Of a stretch of DNA of 64,000 nt, positions 59,802 through 64,000 are shown piece after piece. The translations under genes and the position numbers were made by a program. Where the stretch lies: assembly GCA_964252035.1 (NCBI GenBank), contig OZ176206.1; one strand, given 5' to 3'. How positions within the stretch are numbered: the first letter of the stretch is position 1; each line of letters begins with the position of its first letter. The notes under the pieces are model-generated. The model had not been told where the DNA came from, made no database searches, and was given only the letters and a program-made list of their open reading frames with translations. The DNA is from Podarcis erhardii. Lineage: Eukaryota.

Positions 59802-60532
59802 TAACTACTTTTGTCCTCCTCCTCTTTCTCTGTGCCGAGTTCTACAACGGCAGAGCTAGGATTGAGAAGGCAGGTAAGCTTGGAGAAATCAAGGCTGAAG
59901 TTGGTGAGACAGTGCCCTAATGGACAGGTGTGTGTGGCCCAGCTCCCTATGCCCATAGACATCTATGATGCCTCATTATTATTATTTTGACTTGATTTTC
60001 TCTGCTGTAACAAGTGGTGCTAAACGAGAGTCCCTTCTGGAATAACTGGGGGCAAAGTTAGATATCCACTGGCTAATGCTCAGAGGTCCACACTCAGTGT
60101 ATGGACAACAAGGTATGGGCTCCCATGCGGCATTGTGCATGAGTCCAAACCAGTACCATGACCCCATTGCCCCTTCTATGGGTGGGGATTCCTTCTCTTT
60201 CATGCACAGGTCTTTCATGCAGTTGTATTTCCCAGATGAAGCAGGGCAAAGAACAATCCATCTACATTGGTTTGTTCTGGAAATGGCCAGTAAACTTTCT
60301 GATGTCTGATATGGCAACCTCTGCATCTCGTCCTCCTGGTGGCTGCCTGACCCCTCTCAGGTGTGCGTGCCCGAGCTTTTTGGGATTCACCTTAACATGG
60401 GCTTAAGAAACACAAGTGGAGTTTAAACTTTGTCATGAATTGTGAGGTTTCGTTTCGTTTTTATTGTAATGATATCTTTGAGGGGGAGGAGCGGGGAAAT
60501 GTGTTATTTTTATAGCTTTCTTGGGGTAACAC

Positions 60533-60538
60533 AATAAA
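60533..60538 (+). terminator. Candidate TP73 polyadenylation signal (AATAAA)
   Basis: AATAAA in AT-rich, apparently non-repeat context, with upstream TGTA (60465-60468) and downstream GT-rich GTTGTTTG. An alternative AATAAA at 57814-57819 lacks a GT-rich follower. Confidence 0.4.
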
Positions 60539-61342
60539 TGGATTTCAAACGTTGTTTGACTCAAAAGGGAGAGATGCATCGCTGTTGCACACACATGCAT
60601 AAACACGACCCTTCCTTTCATGCTCCTAGTGTGGGGCAAGTGAATTGTTTTAAGCCAAAGGGTTGCATTCACCGGCCACATGCCAGTGGGGGGGGGGGTG
60701 CCTTTTCACAGAAGGCTAGTTTCTACAAACATTTTCTCTCCTCCATCCTGGCAAGCAAGAAGCATTCTCAAGAGTGCAAGGGCACATTCCAGCCAGGCAA
60801 AAACACTTGGGTGCAAACCAGAGGGGGGAGGGAGTGTGGCTGGGTAGGAGGGTGCCCTGGGGAGAGTCCTGGGTGCCAGATAAAGAGGCATGGAGAGTCT
60901 CCTTCAGTCTCTAGCCCAAAGGGGAGTGACAAAGCATAGGAACCTTTTAAGCACAGCTTAGGCACACTACTGTGAATCACATCATGCTTCCCTCTTTTTT
61001 CACTTTAGAAAAGCTGTCTGGTTTCTGAATTCGATGGCAGCAGCATTAGTGCTGGGGGCAAGAATGCTTGATCCTTCCCACTCATTATAGGTAGAAGAAC
61101 AGATGGTGCAGGAGAAGCGTTGCAGGTGCCTGGTCTTTTCATGGACTTGCTAACATTTCTGCTGCAGGAATTGCTGTTGATCTGCAGGCACATTCCGTGA
61201 TGTGACCCATCCCATCGGCAGCTTGAAATGATACAGCCTCTGACACAGGCTGCTGAATCAGGAGTGGCCCTACCAATAGGCAGGGTGAGATAGCACCTCA
61301 GTGGACACAGCACTAGGGGAGTTGCTGGAGCTGTGAGAGCCA

Positions 61343-61483
61343 CATAGAATCGTAGAGTTGGAAGAGTCCCCGAGGGTCATCCAGTCCCACCCCCTGTGGT
61401 GCAGGCATTTTTTGCCCAGCACGGGACTCGAACCCACAACCTTGAGATTAAGAGTTTCATGCTCAACCGACTGAGCTATCCCC
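61343..61483 (-). mobile_element. tRNA-Lys(CTT)-derived SINE with CR1-type tail (related copies near 13170-13290, 22065-22335, 42230-42380, 57826-57950)
   Basis: Minus 61414-61483 reads GATAGCTCAGTCGGTTGAGCATGAAACTCTTAATCTCAAGGTTGTGGGTTCGAGTCCC, tRNA-Lys-like with a broken acceptor stem, followed by the CR1 3' end (GGACT-GATGACCCT...CCAACTCTACGATTCTATG). Confidence 0.8.
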
Positions 61484-61990
61484 TGCCCTTTACCCTCTAA
61501 ACTAGTCTGCTCCCCTCACATGCTTTGAAGAATGCTATCCCAGCTAAACGGCTAAACAACAACAACAACATCCCATCAACACTGCAGGAGTAAGATCTAT
61601 TACCAGTCCAGTTGAGTGCTGTATTGCCATAATAAGAAGTACCCTGCAGGATCAGGCCAAAGGCCCTTCTAGTCTAGTTTCCTGTTCTCTCAGCACCCAG
61701 CCAAAGATGCCTTTGGGAGGCTCACAAGCCGGGACCTAAAAACCTCTGATATTGCAGGGTAAACATGGACAATCTGGCTAGTAGCTGCCAATTGCCTTAT
61801 CCCCCTTCAAAGCCATCAAAGATGGGTTATGCAGCATAGGACTAATCCCTGCTGGACCATGCCAGAGGCTCTTCTCGTCCAGCATTCTGCAGCCAAATGG
61901 ATGCCAACGGGAAGTCTGCAGGCAGGACTCTCCCCACTTGCCACCTTCTTCAACTGGTTTTCCGTCAAGGATAGCCTTCAGGATCTGCCT

Positions 61991-62110
61991 ATGACCCGGA
62001 AGCTGTCTGCGAACAAACGCCGGCTCCCTTGGCCAATAAAGCGAGATGAGCGCCACAACCCCAGAGTCGGTCACAACTGGACCTAATGGTCAGGGGCCCC
62101 TTTACCTTTT
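61991..62110 (+). mobile_element. Sauria-type SINE 3' fragment
   Basis: ATGACCCGGAAGCTGT...CCAATAAAGCGAGATGAGCGCC...CCTTTACCTTT matches the 3' part of 55633-55983. Confidence 0.85.
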
Positions 62111-62358
62111 TTTAAAGTTAGTTGCCACCATTAATTCTAGTGGGAGCAAATTCCATAGTTTAAAGACATGCTGTGCTCTTTCATCTGTCCTGAATTTTCC
62201 TCCATTTCATGCAGCAAAATGTCTTCTAGGAGAAGAAGGTAGGTCGTTTATGATGGATGCATGAAACCTATGCCACCCTGAACACCCCTGGAAGTAGAAG
62301 TCCTTTCTGTTTCACAGAGTAATAATGATGCTGCAGAAGCCTTTCAAAACTGAGAGTA

Positions 62359-62404
<46 letters not shown>

Positions 62405-63048
62405 TTGATCCAGTATAAAAGCTGGGGGAACTTTAATCATATTCATCATTGACCAGTCTCTGCCCTTTGTTGCCTGGGACCAGAAACTCCTCCCATCATC
62501 TGCTTTACTGTGGTCTGGGTTCCTCAAATGACCACAGTGCACAGGCCCTTCTGCAAACACGACATCTGTGTTCATTTCCAAAGACTCTTGTGCACCCATG
62601 CAAAATCCATTAACTGTGGACATAGTTGTGCATGATATTTCACAGGATGCTTCATTCCAGAGAAGATACTCAACTCCAGGTGTTTCTCAGTGCAATTAAT
62701 ACGGTTCCAAAATTTTCTTCCCAAACCGTTCTTTGCTAAAGTTGTCCATTGGTACAATTCTTTTCCTTTCCTCCCTCCCCCCCCCCAGCTTTTGGGCACC
62801 TGAGAATGGTTCTGTCTGCACTGGCCCCAATTCTCACTAAGCAGTGGCTGGATTGTCCTTCACAACACCATGAAATTTGGCCCACAAACTGAGAGAAGCC
62901 ATACTTGGCCGGTTGCTGGTATTCTTCCCACTGCCGCATTGACCAATGTTTGGGTACTCATTGAATCAGTTTCCCTGTTATTATAGATTCAGATGGTTTG
63001 GGCAGGTATTTGCAGTAAGCCTCCTGCATGCAATAAATAAATAAAAAT

Positions 63049-63113
<65 letters not shown>

Positions 63114-64000
63114 GACAGAAGAGTGTGTCAATATCCAGACTGTCAACATATTGAAAGATTGTGCTGGGGCAGGCACAGTCTGCAGGTTGGAGATGCTGAA
63201 TTTCCTGTGCATTGCTCAAACCTCACCACTGCAATTTTCAGAACAGAAAGCACAGGACATGCTTGCCTTTTAAAAACAGCAACAAGAGCAACAACAACCA
63301 TGTGGGACAGAATGCTTTTGGAAAGTAGTTTGCTAGTGGCGAAATCCCTTAGCCCTTTCCCTTTGGCCTGCTATCTGAATTAAAACCCTTCCTCCAAAAC
63401 TGCTACTTTTCCTGGGAGGGGACATGCTAAAACAATTAAATCCCCCTCCACTGGTGCAATGATCCTGATGTGGGTACTCCCCTCCCGGAATCTGAGTCAA
63501 GGATGGCCAAGGGTGATGCGAGGTTCCCCAGCCCTGTCTGAAAACGTTCTCTTGTCCTTTGTAGCCATGATTTCAAAAACCTGCTTCTCTCACCGGAAAT
63601 CCGCAAGAGCCTTCCTCATACCCATGCCCACTGCAGTTATTCCCTCCCTGCTGTGGGGCAGGGTTGTTGCACTGTCGAGATCGGCTCACGACTCCTAGTC
63701 CGCAGGTGACGGGGCAGGGAGTCCAGGATGCCCAGGGAGACCACATTCCGTCAACTGAGGCAGAGAGAAAGCAAAGGGTTCAGTTTGGGCTTCCCACCAG
63801 CCGGGTCAGTCCATGATATTCCGCTGCCTCCAGACGGTCAGTATTTTCTATGAAATATTCAAGTGCATACTTCAGGATTGCACAATTAAAGGGAGGCAGG
63901 TGAAAGAATCATGCTGAAGAAGCAAGACTTTTGCAGTTAGGAAAGTGATGGGGAAGTGCATTGAAAAGTGTGGAAGGAACAAGTGATTCATGGGATGGTC

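Noticed and set aside
59982-60326. 114-aa minus-strand ORF downstream of TP73 (possible antisense gene)
   Set aside because: No recognisable domain, splice signals or codon pattern; the length is within chance expectation.
61414-61483. Apparent tRNA-Lys(CTT) gene on the minus strand
   Set aside because: The acceptor stem cannot pair and the sequence runs into a CR1-type tail, so it is a SINE head rather than a functional tRNA.

Overview
Vertebrate (squamate lizard, probably lacertid, inferred from Sauria-type SINEs plus Bov-B LINEs) genomic DNA carrying the 3' part of TP73 (p73) on the + strand. Eleven coding exons equivalent to human exons 4-14 (9586-56434) join through GT-AG sites into a 1719-nt open frame (572 aa + stop) covering the DNA-binding, oligomerisation, SAM and TID domains. 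The TA exons and the deltaN exon 3' are not recognisable, so they probably lie upstream of the window. The rest is intron, 3' UTR and flank, dense in mobile elements: Bov-B/RTE, CR1 and L2 LINE 3' ends, several SINE families, Tc1/mariner and hAT MITEs with intact TIRs/TSDs, a solo LTR, a decayed Ty1/Copia gag-protease relic, microsatellites and two assembly gaps. I cannot claim a new biological system with confidence. The best leads are: a solo LTR whose putative U3 is filled by an uninterrupted acidic/Pro/Arg-rich ORF; a twin-primed, inverted Bov-B insertion with a 12-bp TSD; a TSD-less promoter-like cassette in sense orientation in intron 4; a predicted shortened, borderline-NMD p73gamma; and a STAT-motif-bearing minisatellite in intron 13. 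No database searches were run; family names and human comparisons come from recalled knowledge.
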